From positions 1-64,000 of the IMG/VR virus record IMGVR_UViG_3300013947_000026: 64,000 bases of DNA, one strand, 5' to 3'. Made by a program: the position numbers and the translations under genes. Shown piece by piece: positions 61,978 to 64,000 of the stretch. Below the pieces are notes generated by a model. The model had not been told where the DNA came from. It saw only the letters and a program-made list of their open reading frames with translations, and ran no database searches. Source of the stretch: a virus (taxonomy: Duplodnaviria; Caudoviricetes). Numbering within the stretch: position 1 is the stretch's first letter; each line of letters opens with the position of its first letter.

Positions 61978-63888
61978 TTAATCATCGAATAATTTTAATT
62001 GACGATTTACAAATTCGCTAACAATTTTACTAGCTTTACTAATATAATATTGGTAGTTTATTTGCTTGTCATCAGTATTGGTATTATCTATTTTGTTTGC
62101 AATACAAACTCCGTAATCTGTTATTCTTACTTCTTTACGTGGTTCATATATATCCTCTTTAACACGCATTAGATAATAACCGCTATTTGATGCGTAGTAT
62201 CTGTTAATCCTTTGAATAGGTTTACCTCCATATTCAACTTTAAATTCCCTGTTTACGCTTTGAGACATTAGGAAATTACGGATATCTTTATCCTCCTTAA
62301 CAAATTTGTCTATCGGTTCTTTTGTTAAAAAATAGTTTATCACAGCTTTCGGTATAATAACTGGTGTCATACTATTATTAAAACCTATTTCTGTGATAAA
62401 CCTGCCTTTCTTTTCTATCAGTTCCGGATTTCTAGATTGAGAATATCCTTTGTGAATTCCAAAGTAATTATTCACGTCGTACTGATAAAACGACTCATAG
62501 TCATCGGATTCAAAGGAAAGCTTGGCTAATTGTTCAATTTCTTTTATTGAATTATTTATTAATCCCCTATTAGAAATATCTGCAATATAAACGACACCAT
62601 CTGTATTAACTTGCACAATCTCACAATTTAACGACAGAAGCTTATCCACTAGCATTAATAGTATAAGTTGTCCGTTTATACGTATTTTATATATGTTTAG
62701 TGGATCATATGCCCAGCTACCTTCTTGTTGCATCTTTCCTGTAAGAGCATTGAGAGCCTGTTTAAACGCCTTAGACTTCAATTTCTCTCCACTATGTTTG
62801 GCAGTAACCCTCTCCTTGTATAAAGATTTGTACACATTCCAAAATTCTTCTCCCAAGTGGACTGGCAACCATTTGTATATAAGCGCTAATGACGGATACA
62901 TTGAAGTTACATCTGAATGCCCTATAAATTGTCCATCTTTGGGTTTGTAGATCCTAGGTTCATTTATGGTATGTATTCCACCTTCACCTATAGAATAGCA
63001 AATATTCGAGAGAACAAACTTCTTCTCGTAGTTTTCTTGTTTCTTATCAGACTTACATGGATTACATGTAGCGTTTTTTACATCCAATAAGACTTCTTTC
63101 AACTTTGGATTAGAATATTGTATAAATGGAAGTATTATGTCCTTTAAATTAATTTTTCCGATTTTTCTTGCATTCGCTTTGAGTTCATCTTTTGATGATT
63201 TGTTATATTTCTTATATTCTCTTAGCAATATCTCTTCTCCAAACCGTACTCCGCTCATAGAAAGAGCATCAAACCCCCATTCAGATTCTACTGTTAATCG
63301 TAGGTCTATTTCATTCTTTACCTTTTTAAGTAAAGTTTCAGTAGCTTCTACATCGTTAACATTATATGCTATCATATCATCAATTTCGCAATCCGTAAGT
63401 CTAGAATTGAAATCACCGTCAAACTCTTGAACGTTTGGCATATTTAATAAGATTTCAATTTCTTTTAGACTTTTTTGTTGCTTAGAACTATATAGCATAG
63501 TCATAAGATCAAACGAATAAAAATTATTTGCATATTTATATTCTTTGATCCTGTCGTTTTTTTCTGTTTTTTCTGCACTTATAATTTCTCTACTCAAATA
63601 ATATATTGAACTACAAATACGAAGATACTCTAACCGCTTCATAATACCACAAAATTGTATCATGTAATTTATTATTATATCATCATAATGCTTATTGTTG
63701 TATCCACATATGATGTGTTCTACTCTTTTATAGTAAAAGAAGTCAACTAGTTCTTCTAGTTGATTTTTTCGGTTAGATATCTCGAATTTATATAATTTAT
63801 GACTCTCTGAATCTTTACAAGTACAATGAAAACAATTTGGAAAAACCTCTATGTCATATAGAACTACTGGTCTATCCTTTATTATCAT
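61978..63888 (-). CDS. polB: Family B DNA polymerase
   Basis: YDIEVF, YNNKHYDD, YNVNDV (exonuclease); DVTSMYPS, KQALNALTG, NTDG (polymerase). Start taken at MIIKDRP. Confidence 0.9.
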   Translation of the reverse strand: MIIKDRPVVLYDIEVFPNCFHCTCKDSESHKLYKFEISNRKNQLEELVDFFYYKRVEHIICGYNNKHYDDIIINYMIQFCGIMKRLEYLRICSSIYYLSREIISAEKTEKNDRIKEYKYANNFYSFDLMTMLYSSKQQKSLKEIEILLNMPNVQEFDGDFNSRLTDCEIDDMIAYNVNDVEATETLLKKVKNEIDLRLTVESEWGFDALSMSGVRFGEEILLREYKKYNKSSKDELKANARKIGKINLKDIILPFIQYSNPKLKEVLLDVKNATCNPCKSDKKQENYEKKFVLSNICYSIGEGGIHTINEPRIYKPKDGQFIGHSDVTSMYPSLALIYKWLPVHLGEEFWNVYKSLYKERVTAKHSGEKLKSKAFKQALNALTGKMQQEGSWAYDPLNIYKIRINGQLILLMLVDKLLSLNCEIVQVNTDGVVYIADISNRGLINNSIKEIEQLAKLSFESDDYESFYQYDVNNYFGIHKGYSQSRNPELIEKKGRFITEIGFNNSMTPVIIPKAVINYFLTKEPIDKFVKEDKDIRNFLMSQSVNREFKVEYGGKPIQRINRYYASNSGYYLMRVKEDIYEPRKEVRITDYGVCIANKIDNTNTDDKQINYQYYISKASKIVSEFVNRQLKLFDD

Positions 63889-63890
63889 AG

Positions 63891-63943
63891 TCCCTAGTGA
63901 GGGTTTGCACCTCTCAGTCATATCCTTTCGGAGCACACTAGGG
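63891..63943 (-). ncRNA. Minimal tRNA-like element directly upstream of polB
   Basis: CCCTAGT/ACTAGGG 7-bp stem, TCC-GAAA-GGA hairpin, GAGG-TGCAAAC-CCTC T-like arm. Confidence 0.55.
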
Positions 63944-64000
63944 TGACCACTGGTGTCGTGGTCAGTTTTTTACGAACATTTTACTATGCTGCTATTCTCA

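Noticed and set aside
63965-63982. Target of the U-rich loop upstream of polB (15/18 match)
   Set aside because: A match of this quality between A/T-rich strings is expected by chance in a window this size.

Overview
This is a 64 kb segment of a crAss-like (Crassvirales) phage genome. The A/T-rich, mostly SD-less translation starts suggest a Bacteroidota host. The + strand (1-53827) is the late/virion module and only reads sensibly in genetic code 15 (TAG=Gln); the short ORFs of the supplied track join into long genes through TAG codons. In order it encodes: portal (with a LAGLIDADG intein), two modular cargo proteins, a putative scaffold, the major capsid protein (group I intron with HNH endonuclease), ring/tail proteins, fibres, a lysis cassette, an IHF/HU-like protein, tail tube and stabilisation proteins, ejection proteins, a ~5600-aa virion RNA polymerase polyprotein, and a further ~1800-aa ejection protein. 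The polymerase gene carries a group I intron with a LAGLIDADG ORF inside the DxDxD motif and has C-terminal helicase, macro-like and SLOG-like domains. The - strand (53852-63888) is a TAG-free replication module: PolB, DnaB, Sak4-like ATPase, SSB, primase, nucleases and an AAA ATPase. The least explained signal is a set of non-coding RNA structures in the replication module: non-canonical tRNA-like cloverleaves and recurring H-type pseudoknots, clustered between ssb and primase and sitting immediately upstream of polB, primase and ssb. All calls come from reading the sequence by eye; no database searches or folding programs were run.
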